NCBI GenBank assembly: GCA_023261845.1
Contig: JALNJZ010000002.1
Location: 1-64,000, forward strand
Direction: 5' to 3'
DNA: 64,000 nt
From: Candidatus Terraquivivens tengchongensis
GTDB taxonomy: Archaea > Thermoproteota > Nitrososphaeria_A > Caldarchaeales > Wolframiiraptoraceae
The notes under the pieces were generated by a model. The model saw only the letters and a list, made by a program, of their open reading frames with translations. It was not told the DNA's origin and did no database searches. This document shows, in pieces, positions 39,461-49,679 of the stretch; positions within the stretch are counted from its first letter, which is position 1; the number at the start of each line of letters is the position of its first letter. The position numbers and the translations under genes were made by a program.

Positions 39461-39535
39461 AGCCCCGGGCGGGATTCGAACCCGCGACATGCCGCTTACG
39501 AGGCGGCCGCTCCGACCGGGCTGAGCTACCGGGGC
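39461..39535 (-). tRNA. tRNA-Thr(CGU)
   Basis: GCCCCGG acceptor, GCCGC-CT-CGT-AA-GCGGC anticodon arm, GGTTCGAATCC. Confidence 0.95.
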
Positions 39536-40090
39536 AGTGGATGTTCAAGCTTTTATATACTCATTCGCTCGAACGAGTGTGATGGAGGCAAGCGGCATCA
39601 CGGATGACAAGCTTGTAATTGATTATATAAACTTACAGCCTGAAAGCTTTCGTAAACACAGACGAGCTTTACCCCCTTTTGAAAACGCTAAGTATTTTTT
39701 CTAAAGAATTCAGGGTTCAAATTGGTAAGCAAGGCTATAAAAGCGTATAGCAATAGCTTTTGGTCTTTAAGGAGGTGCCGTCCTCTAACCTATATCAGAA
39801 GGCATGGTCATTAATCATTTGGCCTTCTTTGCGATGACTATCCCCATAATTCCATGCTTCATCGGCCAGGGGCATGGAAGAATAAGGAGCTTTAACCCAT
39901 CTGGTTATGCTTGATGCATTTATGAGTTGCTCATTAAGGTAGTATAATGAAAGGGGTAAAGGTGTTGTAAGGTTTCTTGCGAGACAAAGTATCTAGCCCT
40001 AACGGGCAAAAAGTCAAAGAAAATATACTTAGTAATTAAAAGCTAGCTTTTGTCCATCAAGACTTAGAAGCCATGGTCAAATAGTTAGAG

Positions 40091-40453
40091 TTATGTTTCT
40101 GAAGTGTCCAACTTAATTTCTATGCCAAACTCTTGCAACTTTTTGAATTCCTTATCTAATGTGAGCAGCAATAGGTTCTTTGCTTTTGCCGATGCTGCTA
40201 TGAGTAGATCTGCGTCCGGGATTTTCTGGCCCCTCCTCTTTAAGGCTTCGTAAATGCTGCAGTACTCGAGGATGACCTCATTATCTAAAGGTATGACATC
40301 GTAGACCTTTTCTAGAGTTGTTTTAACCTCGCTACGTTTTTCAGCTGGAATTCCCCTCAGGACCTCAATTAATGATATTACGCTGATATAACCTTCTCTA
40401 AATTCTCCCTTTCTTAGCCAGTTTATTAAAACGCTCGTGTCCACCAGCATCAT
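40091..40453 (-). CDS. vapC: PIN-domain toxin VapC
   Basis: VDTSVLI, E, DADLLIAASA, TLD acidic tetrad. Confidence 0.9.
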   Translation of the reverse strand: MMLVDTSVLINWLRKGEFREGYISVISLIEVLRGIPAEKRSEVKTTLEKVYDVIPLDNEVILEYCSIYEALKRRGQKIPDADLLIAASAKAKNLLLLTLDKEFKKLQEFGIEIKLDTSET

Positions 40454-40677
40454 TCTATTGTAAACTCCTTTCTAAAGGTCTCAGATTCCTCCAATATCCT
40501 TTTGAGGTCTTCCTCTGAGAGAATCTTTCTAAGTTTTTCGAAAGCTTCCCGTCTTCGCTTTTCACTTGCCTCTCTATACAACTTCATGAGGTACTCGCCC
40601 CAATCGCTTTCTCCCTTGTCTTTTTCAAGGATCTCCTTAACTTTCTTTGGTAATGATATAGTTGAATAATTACTCAA
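40450..40677 (-). CDS. vapB: Antitoxin VapB-like
   Basis: 75 aa, STISLPKKVKEIL ribbon-helix-like start, ATGA overlap with vapC. Confidence 0.8.
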   Translation of the reverse strand: MSNYSTISLPKKVKEILEKDKGESDWGEYLMKLYREASEKRRREAFEKLRKILSEEDLKRILEESETFRKEFTIE

Positions 40678-40997
40678 TTACATCACTAATAAATTATAAA
40701 TAACGCTATAATATAAAGTTTTTCTACAAAGATGAAGCTTATATGTCATTTTCAACCTCTCGCATTTTCGCATATACTTTAACCTCCCCTTGGGTCTCTT
40801 TTTATACAGGGGAGAAATCGTAGACAGATAAGATATTTTTGGAAAACCTGGAAGAAATATACCATTCGGGCTTCTCTCAATTTTGAGCGAGGAATTAGTT
40901 GGTGTCGGAAGGTGACGAGTATGTTGTCGCTTCTACATTTCAACTATTAGGCAAAAACCCATCGTTAGAAAGATTGAGCAGCTATTTTTCGAGGGTG

Positions 40998-41020
40998 TCC
41001 GACCGGGTTAGCTACTGGGC
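40998..41020 (-). repeat. Degenerate copy of the tRNA-Thr 5' end
   Basis: TCCGACCGGGTTAGCTACTGGGC versus TCCGACCGGGCTGAGCTACCGGGGC at 39511-39535. Confidence 0.55.
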
Positions 41021-41114
41021 TCGTCTAATTTGCTTAATATGGAAGCTTATTAATCTACGGCGGTTTTTATTACGTTGCTCGAATGGGTAAAGTACCCATT
41101 AAAGCTTAAGATCG

Positions 41115-41882
41115 GTGGTCGTGGTAGGCTTGAAAAAACGAAGCCTCGCAGTGGTCATACCAACTTACAATGAGGCGGAGAACATAGGCACCGTATTAGA
41201 ATTAACCTCCATGGTGATGTCGAGCAAAAACATGGACGGGTGGATAATAGTAGTTGACGACGACAGCCCGGACGGTACGGCGGATGTCGCTGAATCTTTC
41301 AAAGAAAAGTACGGCAAAATTGTGGTCATAAGAAGGTCTGGAAAACTAGGGCTTGGTTCTGCTTACAGAGATGGTTTCGCTCTAGCTCTAGAAAAGTTGG
41401 ACGTTGAATATATAGCAGAGATGGATGCTGACGGGTCGCATCCGCCGGAAAAGTTGCCCATTATGCTTGACTTATTGGTAGAGAGCCAAGCTGACTGTGT
41501 CATAGCATCGAGGTATGTGGAGGGTGGAGGTTGGGGATGGGAGTCACTCAGCAGGACCATAATAAGCAAGGGCGCTAACTTGCTGGCGAAGTTAGCGACG
41601 GGTGTTAAGCTGAAGGACATGACGTCCGGTTATAGAGTATACAGGGCTGACGCGCTGAGGTCCATTAAGCTTGAATGTTTAGATTCTGGTTACCTTTTTC
41701 AAGTACAGATAATTTATGAACTGGTAAAGAATGGTTTCAGAATCATAGAGAGCCCGTTTGTATTCATGCCGAGGCTAAAGGGAAAGTCCAAGCTTGGTAT
41801 TGCTGAGTTTTGGAGGTTCTTCAAGTGGTGCATCAAAATAATGCTGGCGAGATTATTTAAAATTGAAAAATCAACGTTATAA
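41115..41882 (+). CDS. Polyprenol-phosphate mannosyltransferase-like GT2 (DPM1 family)
   Basis: PTYNEAEN, VDDDSPDGT, GLGSAY, MDADGSH, DMTSGYR. Confidence 0.88.
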   Translation: MVVVGLKKRSLAVVIPTYNEAENIGTVLELTSMVMSSKNMDGWIIVVDDDSPDGTADVAESFKEKYGKIVVIRRSGKLGLGSAYRDGFALALEKLDVEYIAEMDADGSHPPEKLPIMLDLLVESQADCVIASRYVEGGGWGWESLSRTIISKGANLLAKLATGVKLKDMTSGYRVYRADALRSIKLECLDSGYLFQVQIIYELVKNGFRIIESPFVFMPRLKGKSKLGIAEFWRFFKWCIKIMLARLFKIEKSTL

Positions 41883-41918
41883 TGAACTTGATGGAGCTTT
41901 TTTACGGTTGATTCGAGT

Positions 41919-42887
41919 TTGTCCAAAATGCTTCACGACATCGGGGAGAAGGGTCTTGTTGAACGAATACTTTCGAGAATAACATTAGGTCCGCGACACG
42001 TACTTCCAAAAGGTGACGATGCCGTAGCAATCGAGTTCATGGGAAAGCTTGTTGTGTCTACCGACATGCTGGTAGAATCAACAGACGTACCACCCGGCAT
42101 GAATATGGAGAGCGTTGGTTGGAAAGCTCTTACAATGGTTGTAAGCGACCTTGCATCCAAAGGTGCGATACCCATACTTTACTTGATTTCTCTCGGTCTT
42201 CCAAGGAGCATGACCCTTGAGCAGTTTGAGGCATTTTGGGATGGTTTAGAAAAAGCCGCACGTTGTTATGGCGGCACAATAGCTGGTGGCGATACTAACG
42301 AGGCTCAAGAAGTCGTTGTATCTTGTGTCGGCATAGGTTCCGCGGAGAGGGTCGTGCCTAGGAGTGGTGCACGTGTAGGAGATGTTTTGGCGACGACTGG
42401 GCTGTTCGGCAGATCTGCGGCCGGTCTCAACGCTTTACTTAGGGGCGTTGAAGATGTTGACGAATCGCTAAAGCGTGCGGTTCTAAAACCCATGGCCAGA
42501 TTTAGGGAAGGTGTGATTTTAGCGAAGTACGCAACATCATGCATAGATTCAAGTGACGGGCTAGCTGTATCCCTTCACGAGTTAGCAAAGCAAAGCGGCG
42601 TAGGCTTCGAGGTAACTATGCCACCAGTTGATGTGGTTGCCAAAAAATTTGCTGAAAAATATGGACTGGATGTATTCGATTTGGTATTCTACGGCGGCGA
42701 GGAGTATGAATTAGTGTTTACGATTGGTCGCAACGATCTCGAAGCTGTTAGAAAGGCGTTAGCCTTGGTCAACGGAGAGCTGATAGAAATCGGTAGAGTG
42801 GTCCCTAGGTCAGAGGGCATAACTGTATTCTGGGATGGAGAGCGCATACCGCTCGAGTGTAAAGGATGGGACCACTTTAAGAAGTGA
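41919..42887 (+). CDS. thiL: Thiamine-monophosphate kinase
   Basis: GDDA, SDLA.KGA.P, GGDT, DSSDGL, GGEEYEL. Confidence 0.92.
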   Translation: MSKMLHDIGEKGLVERILSRITLGPRHVLPKGDDAVAIEFMGKLVVSTDMLVESTDVPPGMNMESVGWKALTMVVSDLASKGAIPILYLISLGLPRSMTLEQFEAFWDGLEKAARCYGGTIAGGDTNEAQEVVVSCVGIGSAERVVPRSGARVGDVLATTGLFGRSAAGLNALLRGVEDVDESLKRAVLKPMARFREGVILAKYATSCIDSSDGLAVSLHELAKQSGVGFEVTMPPVDVVAKKFAEKYGLDVFDLVFYGGEEYELVFTIGRNDLEAVRKALALVNGELIEIGRVVPRSEGITVFWDGERIPLECKGWDHFKK

Positions 42888-43416
42888 GCCTCTTCAGTAG
42901 CATTATACCCGCAACCGTTTTTGCATCTTCTATCTCCCCTTTCATTATCATACTTACAACATCATCCATCTTCAAAATCACTGTCCTTATTTTTTCGTCG
43001 GGTTCAGGCTTCTGGCCTACCTTTTTCAGGTCGGAGGCCATATAAAGGTGGACCTTTTCCGTACTGTAACCGGGCGCCAAGTATAACGTCGCCACTTTCT
43101 CCATTCGGCCTGCGATGAAGCCTGTCTCTTCTTCTAGCTCCCTGCGTGCGCATCTTTCAGGATCTTCTCCAACCTCCAGCGTTCCGGCTGGCAACTCTAG
43201 AAGGACCTTTCCCACGGCATGCCTATATTGGCTGACCAGAACGAGTGACTCCTTATCGAGGAGCGGAATTATAACAACTGCACCTGGATGTTCTACTATT
43301 TCCCTGACGGTTAACCTACCCCACGAGGTCAGAACTTTGTCAACCCTTACATTAAACAGCCTGCCTTTATAGACGGTGTTGCTTTCTATAATTTTCTCAT
43401 AAACTTCGTCGCTCAT
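42877..43416 (-). CDS. Nudix hydrolase (ADP-ribose pyrophosphatase-like)
   Basis: ELPAGTLEVGEDPERCARRELEEETG Nudix box. Confidence 0.9.
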   Translation of the reverse strand: MSDEVYEKIIESNTVYKGRLFNVRVDKVLTSWGRLTVREIVEHPGAVVIIPLLDKESLVLVSQYRHAVGKVLLELPAGTLEVGEDPERCARRELEEETGFIAGRMEKVATLYLAPGYSTEKVHLYMASDLKKVGQKPEPDEKIRTVILKMDDVVSMIMKGEIEDAKTVAGIMLLKRLTS

Positions 43417-43805
43417 CTATCTTCACGCAGCATTACAACCTTTACGGGCGTTCCGCTCTTTACCTTCTTAAGAATCTCAATACCCCCGACGACTTTACCT
43501 ATAGGGTTGCAGGGACTGTATGCGCGTGGTTCACCAGACTGGCTTATGGGTGTCGGGCCGAAGAATACCGCTATGGCCCTTCCTGGCGGCCAGTACGCCA
43601 GCTCGCCGACGTCCATAATTGTTTTTGTGTTCTCTTCGCCAACGGATACGGGCGTCTCGAAGTACACCTCATCCCCCCATCTCATCGCCTTGGATTCTAT
43701 GGGCAACACTTTCAAGATGGCTGCGACGGTCTTAGGGTTCAAAGATTTAACAAGCTCGGCCTTAACGCTGCCGAGGTCTTTAAAATCGAGTAGGACCAGC
43801 ACCAT
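43413..43805 (-). CDS. Cyclophilin-like fold protein (DUF369 type)
   Basis: WGDEVYF, GELAYWPPG.A..FFGPTP. Confidence 0.8.
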   Translation of the reverse strand: MVLVLLDFKDLGSVKAELVKSLNPKTVAAILKVLPIESKAMRWGDEVYFETPVSVGEENTKTIMDVGELAYWPPGRAIAVFFGPTPISQSGEPRAYSPCNPIGKVVGGIEILKKVKSGTPVKVVMLREDR

Positions 43806-43896
43806 ACATGCTCAGCCACAAGACCAAGAAAAGCAGTATATACATTTTAGATGGTCGGATAAGTTTATAATTGAGGTATTTAGAACACCAGAGCTG

Positions 43897-44002
43897 GGGC
43901 CCGTAGCTCAGCCAGGTAGGGGGTTCCGCCTAGAGCGGTGGGCTCTTAGGTTTGTTAAACGGAGTAACCCATAGGTCGTGGGTTCGAATCCCACCGGGCC
44001 CG
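43897..44002 (+). tRNA. tRNA-Lys(CUU) with two introns (43920-43933 in D-arm; 43949-43966 at 37/38)
   Basis: Cloverleaf restored after removing 14-nt and 18-nt inserts, each with a 4-bp central helix and 3-nt bulges. Confidence 0.92.
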
Positions 44003-44058
44003 TCAATCGCTTTCCCATAAAACAGGGCAATATTAAAAAGGGAACATGATATAGAGGG

Positions 44059-45627
44059 TTGAACGGTTTGAGTGAGCAAAGGCTGATACCAAAAACTATG
44101 TCAACACAACATCCCGATAACGCCTCCATTCCTCCTTGGTGCGACTCGGACGTAATAGAAGGTGAGAAGGAGGTCTATGAAGCATACTATGCCTACAGTA
44201 CCTTAGGTTGTCACGAGGTTATGTGGGACTCTGAAGGAAAGGACATAGACCCCCATGTCGTCAGGAAGCTTCTGACGGGTTATCCCAGTTTCTTTAAGGA
44301 AAAGGTCCTTGGTAGAGACATATTCCTCACATATAGAATTCCAAATCCGATGCTAGAAAAGGTAGAGAAGAAAGTATTCCTCGAAACCCTTCAGGCCATA
44401 CCCAAGCATTTTGATGTGGCCAAACAGTTTTATGGAAACGGAGATTATGCACCAGTCTTTGAGGTCATACTGCCCTTCACCAGCAGCCATAAAGATGTCG
44501 TGAGGGTGTTGAGAGCATATTCCGAGGCCGTGGTCGGCATAGAGAAGGTGAGAATTGACTTTCCAGACGTTACGCTGGTAGAATTAGTAGGAGAGATTCA
44601 GCCAAAATCCATAAACGTGATACCTTTATTCGAAGAGTGGACGAGCTTAGTAAGTTTGGACAATTTGCTTTTTAAACTTTTGGAGACAATTTCTCCAAAA
44701 TATTTACGCGTATTTCTTGCAAGGTCCGACCCGGCCCTTCATTATGGACTTGTACCCTCCGTAATTCTGGTAAAGATCGCGCTCTCTAAAATTGGGAAGC
44801 TTGTCGAAAGAGAGAAAGTAGATATCTATCCTATAATAGGTGTCGGCAGTCTACCCTTCAGAGGTCATCTTTCACCTAGTAATCTAGCAAACTTTGTTAG
44901 GGAGTATAAAGGTGTGAATACCGTTACCATACAATGCGGATTCAAGTACGATTATCCCGAAAGGGACGTTAAGATGGTCGTAGATTATTTGAACAGAAAC
45001 CTACCAAAAGGTGAGGCTGAGGATTTCTCACAGACAGAGCAGATGCTTCTATCTATTGCATCTAAGTTTAGAGATGCATACTATGAGTTTCTGCTACATG
45101 CTGCGAAACTCATTGAAAAAATATCGAAGCTTGTACCAGCAAGAAGGGCCAGAAGGTTGCACATTGGTTTATTTGGCTATCATAGAACAGTAGGTGATGT
45201 AGTTTTACCAAGGGCCATACCATTTACGGCCTCCTTCTACTCCTTAGGTCTACCGCCTGAATTCATAGGTTTAAGAGTTTTTGGAACGTTAAAAGAGGAG
45301 GAGCAACATGTGCTTTTGGATGCGTACAAGAACCTAAAGGAAGATCTGAAAGTTGCAGCAGAATTTTTCTCGTGGAGAAATTTGGAGACCATCCGTGAAA
45401 GTGGAACGTTCGATAAAGAGTTCATAGAATTTGCGCTCCCATTGTTGATTGAAGATATTAAAGTAGCAGAGGAGATTATGGGTTTAAGAATAGGTCCAAG
45501 CAGCTCTGTTGCGAAAAGGCACGAGAACTATACGAACGATTTCATAATTTTATTCTCAGAAGGGAAAATAGAGGAGGCGAAGCAAGCATTGGTTACGGCT
45601 GCTAAGCTCAGACGTAGTCTCGGTTAA
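44059..45627 (+). CDS. ppcA: Phosphoenolpyruvate carboxylase, archaeal type
   Basis: MSTQHPDN, MWDSEGK, RVFLARSDPA, PFRG, LPRAI.F. Confidence 0.95.
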   Translation: MNGLSEQRLIPKTMSTQHPDNASIPPWCDSDVIEGEKEVYEAYYAYSTLGCHEVMWDSEGKDIDPHVVRKLLTGYPSFFKEKVLGRDIFLTYRIPNPMLEKVEKKVFLETLQAIPKHFDVAKQFYGNGDYAPVFEVILPFTSSHKDVVRVLRAYSEAVVGIEKVRIDFPDVTLVELVGEIQPKSINVIPLFEEWTSLVSLDNLLFKLLETISPKYLRVFLARSDPALHYGLVPSVILVKIALSKIGKLVEREKVDIYPIIGVGSLPFRGHLSPSNLANFVREYKGVNTVTIQCGFKYDYPERDVKMVVDYLNRNLPKGEAEDFSQTEQMLLSIASKFRDAYYEFLLHAAKLIEKISKLVPARRARRLHIGLFGYHRTVGDVVLPRAIPFTASFYSLGLPPEFIGLRVFGTLKEEEQHVLLDAYKNLKEDLKVAAEFFSWRNLETIRESGTFDKEFIEFALPLLIEDIKVAEEIMGLRIGPSSSVAKRHENYTNDFIILFSEGKIEEAKQALVTAAKLRRSLG

Positions 45628-45661
45628 AATATAACGGTATGTAAAAAGTTGGTGAATAATA

Positions 45662-46411
45662 TTGCAGATTGAGCTAATACAGTTGGGAATTTTGGCGAGC
45701 CTAGTTGTTGGTCTAGCGACCGGAATAGGCGCCGTGCCCGTGTTATTTTTCAAAAATGTATCGCATAAGATAACTGATTCAGCATTGGGTTTTGCCGGCG
45801 GCGTTATGATAGCGGCTTCAATATTCAGCCTACTCATACCTGCGATAGATACAGGCGGCACGTTCATTGCCGTAATAGGCTTTGTTTTTGGGAGCATATT
45901 TGTTTATGTCTTAGACAGACACGTGCCTCACACTCATATCCTAAAGGGCATAGAAGGGCCGAAGAGTACGCTCTCTACGGTGAGTCTTATGATGCTTGCT
46001 GTAACTATACATAACTTCCCAGAAGGACTTGCGGTCGGTGTTGGTTTCGGCGCAGGTGACTTAGCGCTGGCAACGACGATAGCCATGGCCATAGCCCTGC
46101 AGAACATACCTGAGGGCATGGCGATAGCCTTTCCGTTAATTGGAGTAGGTTTAAAGAAGGCAAAAGCATCCTTATACGCACTGCTTACCGGTTTAGCTGA
46201 ACCTATTGGAGGCGTTATAGGTGTTCTAACAGTTACTTTCGTGAGTCAGGCCCTTCCGTTTGCTTTGGCCTTCGCAGCGGGTGCTATGGTTTACGTGGTG
46301 AGCGACGAGATGATTCCAGAGAGTCATAGACGGGGCCATGAGTTAGAGGCAACGTTCGGCTTTCTTATAGGCTTCATTGTGATGATGATACTCGACACCA
46401 TATTTTTGTGA
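45662..46411 (+). CDS. ZIP (GufA/ZupT) metal transporter
   Basis: HNFPEGLAVG, QNIPEG, EMIPESH. Confidence 0.9.
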   Translation: MQIELIQLGILASLVVGLATGIGAVPVLFFKNVSHKITDSALGFAGGVMIAASIFSLLIPAIDTGGTFIAVIGFVFGSIFVYVLDRHVPHTHILKGIEGPKSTLSTVSLMMLAVTIHNFPEGLAVGVGFGAGDLALATTIAMAIALQNIPEGMAIAFPLIGVGLKKAKASLYALLTGLAEPIGGVIGVLTVTFVSQALPFALAFAAGAMVYVVSDEMIPESHRRGHELEATFGFLIGFIVMMILDTIFL

Positions 46412-46461
46412 CAGAATTCAAGTTTAGGCTATAAAGCACCTTTTACGTTATTTACCACTAG

Positions 46462-47583
46462 ATGCGTGTCTGTATAATATCTCATGAGGGAGAGCTTGGT
46501 CCTCAGATGATACAGTTTGCTAGACGCATGGTTAAACAGGGCATCGAGGTTCATGCAATAATTAGGTCTTATCCCCTTCAGATGAGGGAATTCTCAAAGA
46601 GGGATGGTGTTAAGAGACACATAGCGCCTGTAGTGCCGATAAGAAGGTTGATGTTCCTCTCGTACTTCTTGAGTGCATTCCTCATCGCATTGTCCATCAG
46701 GGGTGCCATAACAATTTGTAGAGAACCATTCACAGGGTTAATCGGAGCGGCAGTCAAACTCCTCACAGGCAGAAAGTCAGTTATATACGTCGTAGATTCT
46801 TCGACTGAGCTTAAGTTAGAGCGAGGGGCATGGAGAAGCCGCTGGCTTGTAAAGCTTGGGAGGTTACTCGAAAAGCTAGCGATATCCGCCAGCGACCTTA
46901 TAATCGCTTTGGATTCTTCCTTAACGCCTTATCTCAAGACAATGGGTGCAAGACGTATCGCCGTAGTACCTTACGGTGCAAACCGCGAGATATTCAAGAA
47001 TGGTGATCCTGTGAAAGTTTTGAAGAAGTTAGGATTGGACGGTAAGAAAGTTGTGGTGTATGCTGGAAGCATGGAATCCTACCATGGAGCGCAATACCTT
47101 GCAAAGGCCGCGCCGATTATAAAACGGAACGTTCCAGAGGCCGTCGTGTTGTTTCTTGGAAACGGTCCATTAAGGAGGCTCATGGAAAAAGAGGCAGGCG
47201 ATGCCGGAATTTTTCTCGGTACGGTTCCGTATGAAGAGTTACGTGATTATCTTGCGGTTGCTAAAGTCGCGGTTGCACCACCAGCACCCAACTCGCCCTA
47301 CGTGAGTGTCCTTACGACGAAGATTTTTGATTACATAGCCGCTGGAAAGCCTGTTGTTGCAACGGATGTTGGAGGAATTAAGCGGGCTTTCGGCGACGCG
47401 GCGATAATCGTCAAACCAAGAGACCATGTAGGGCTTGCGGAGGCAATAATTCGATTACTGAAAGATGAGGAGCTTAGGTCAAGATTGGAACAAAATGCGA
47501 TTAAGCTGGCAGAAGAGGCGTATAATTGGGAAGAGTTGACGAAGAAGTTTGTTGCTGCTCTAAAAGAAATACATTCGGCATAA
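46462..47583 (+). CDS. Glycosyltransferase family 4
   Basis: VVVYAGS, KIFDYIAAGKPVVATDVGG. Confidence 0.85.
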   Translation: MRVCIISHEGELGPQMIQFARRMVKQGIEVHAIIRSYPLQMREFSKRDGVKRHIAPVVPIRRLMFLSYFLSAFLIALSIRGAITICREPFTGLIGAAVKLLTGRKSVIYVVDSSTELKLERGAWRSRWLVKLGRLLEKLAISASDLIIALDSSLTPYLKTMGARRIAVVPYGANREIFKNGDPVKVLKKLGLDGKKVVVYAGSMESYHGAQYLAKAAPIIKRNVPEAVVLFLGNGPLRRLMEKEAGDAGIFLGTVPYEELRDYLAVAKVAVAPPAPNSPYVSVLTTKIFDYIAAGKPVVATDVGGIKRAFGDAAIIVKPRDHVGLAEAIIRLLKDEELRSRLEQNAIKLAEEAYNWEELTKKFVAALKEIHSA

Positions 47584-47586
47584 AGT

Positions 47587-49644
47587 TCACTTTATCCTTA
47601 TGTCTACGTACGTAGTCTCAGACCTTAGACCTTTAAAGGGTTTGCCATTACCTTCGAAGAATTTCGTAAAGAACTCATAGAGGTGGAGCCTTAGGGATTG
47701 TATGAAGACTATCAGGCCCTCTAAGGCCATTATGCCCAAGTTTCCAATTATGAGTATTGGTAAAGACAACATCCCAAGCGCGTACCAAACGTTGTTCAGA
47801 AGCATCAATAGGGCAATATGAACGAGCAGCAGTATCGTTAGCCTAGCGTAAGATATCGTGTTTGATAGGAAGTGAATTATATTCTCCAAAACCTCGAGTA
47901 GGCCCATACCAGCAGCAACCACGAAGCCATTACCTTTTCGGGTTAACAAGTTTGCAACGGGTCTTCCCAAAATTAAGACAAAAATGCTCGCAATGCCTCC
48001 CACCATACCAATAGTTCCAACGAGTGAGGACGGAAGACCTATGAAAGGTGCTGGGTTTTGGGATGTTAACATTTGCGAGATGCCTCCAGCACCAAAAAAT
48101 GCGAGAGCAAAAAGCACACCAAAGATGTACATAGCTATCGTTGGAATTTTGGACGTTAAAGCCTCTAAGTATTCTCGGTTCTTAATGTGCTTATATGCGC
48201 TGAGAGAATAACCGAGGGTGAGGTGCGCAATCCCGAGCATTATCGTAAACTGCAGAAGCCTCTGGACTGCCGCCAAGTTAAGCTCCTTGGAGCCAGCACG
48301 TTCCTCCACCAAGTGCACAAGTTCCGGCGAAGCTATACCCCAGTTGGATAGTTTGAAGCCGAAGCACTTACCTAGCAGAAAGCCAGCGATGCTGGATGAT
48401 ATGCCGAGTACGGCTAGAAGCGTACCCCAATCCCTTAGCCTACCTTTGGTCCTCATCCTCATGAAGAGACCGAAGATCGCGAGCACAAGCCCCTGGCCGA
48501 AGTCTGCGAACATTATTCCGTAAAAGATTGAGAAGAAGGGCGTGACGAAGGGCGTCGGGTCTATTTCGCCATGGCCCGGCAATCCTTGTATATTCGTAAC
48601 GTTCTCGAACGCCTTTATGATACCTTTATTGTGGAGTAACGTAGGCAGACTTTCAGTATGTGTTGTGCCGTGTTCACCCGCATGCATCGCTTCCACTTCT
48701 GAAACGAAAATGGGATATTTCCCATCGAGCCTTTTGACCAATTCATCACTTTTCTCATAAGGCACATAACCCTCTATTATGGCAAGTCTCCTCAGGCTGC
48801 CTGTAGCCTTTAACCTTTCTAACGACTCTTTGAGAATGTTCGCACCTTCTTTTAGTGATAGAATCTTTCCTTTTGAAGTTTCCAGTATTAAGTTCAACTT
48901 TTGCCTAACGCTAGACAGCTCTGCGTTGAGTTCAGCCAACTTAGATTCAACGGTTGCGTAAGCTTCAGGGATGGTCTCTGGTAACCACTCCGGGATTGCG
49001 AAGGGTTTTACGCCGAAGCCCTTAAGAACCCTTTCGACCCTTTCTGCATCCTTGTAAGGTGCCACAAAAAGGGCGGCGCTTAATGTCTTGGTTAATGTGA
49101 TGTGAAGTATTGCTGCCTCTGGAAGACTCTTTTTTATCTCTTGAATATCCCTAATCGGTATAACGGCAAAGACCGCATACATTTTCCTCAAAGCTGAAAG
49201 AGATTGTGGCGCTATACGCAAATCTTTCAATAGTTGTAAGGTCGCAAGGAGTGTTTCATTCTTCTGTATATCTTTCGTTATTGAGTCAATCTTTGACGAT
49301 AATTCTTTCAGCTCCATTATGATTGGCTCTGCCTCAGATTCTAATGCGTCTACAAGTCCATTTATGTCCTCAGCTTCAATTCTATGCCGCTCGACTTTAA
49401 CACCTTTTATTATAGAGTCGATGATGCCGATCTCCGACTTTATACCAAAATCGCTTATTATAACATCAAGCGCTGAATCGATTCTTTTGACCCTGTCTAA
49501 CATCTTCTCCAAATTTTTGTCAGCGGATTCATGTTCTCGTTCCACTGGATGAAAATCTCCAAACTTGAATAGTTCCTTGATAACATCTTCGACTTCTGCC
49601 TTCGGTGCTATTATTGAGACCTTAGCCAGCTTTGCCAGACCCAT
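47587..49644 (-). CDS. atpI: A/V-type ATP synthase subunit I
   Basis: EIDPT, GIMFADFG, SYARL, LRLHLYEFFTKF. Confidence 0.93.
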   Translation of the reverse strand: MGLAKLAKVSIIAPKAEVEDVIKELFKFGDFHPVEREHESADKNLEKMLDRVKRIDSALDVIISDFGIKSEIGIIDSIIKGVKVERHRIEAEDINGLVDALESEAEPIIMELKELSSKIDSITKDIQKNETLLATLQLLKDLRIAPQSLSALRKMYAVFAVIPIRDIQEIKKSLPEAAILHITLTKTLSAALFVAPYKDAERVERVLKGFGVKPFAIPEWLPETIPEAYATVESKLAELNAELSSVRQKLNLILETSKGKILSLKEGANILKESLERLKATGSLRRLAIIEGYVPYEKSDELVKRLDGKYPIFVSEVEAMHAGEHGTTHTESLPTLLHNKGIIKAFENVTNIQGLPGHGEIDPTPFVTPFFSIFYGIMFADFGQGLVLAIFGLFMRMRTKGRLRDWGTLLAVLGISSSIAGFLLGKCFGFKLSNWGIASPELVHLVEERAGSKELNLAAVQRLLQFTIMLGIAHLTLGYSLSAYKHIKNREYLEALTSKIPTIAMYIFGVLFALAFFGAGGISQMLTSQNPAPFIGLPSSLVGTIGMVGGIASIFVLILGRPVANLLTRKGNGFVVAAGMGLLEVLENIIHFLSNTISYARLTILLLVHIALLMLLNNVWYALGMLSLPILIIGNLGIMALEGLIVFIQSLRLHLYEFFTKFFEGNGKPFKGLRSETTYVDIRIK

Positions 49645-49679
49645 CGCTGGTAGTTTACAATTTTTCCATAAATATAGCT

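Noticed and set aside
39578-39622. Possible C/D box sRNA upstream of tRNA-Thr
   Set aside because: Boxes are degenerate (GTGATGG, TTGA) and no guide target was identified
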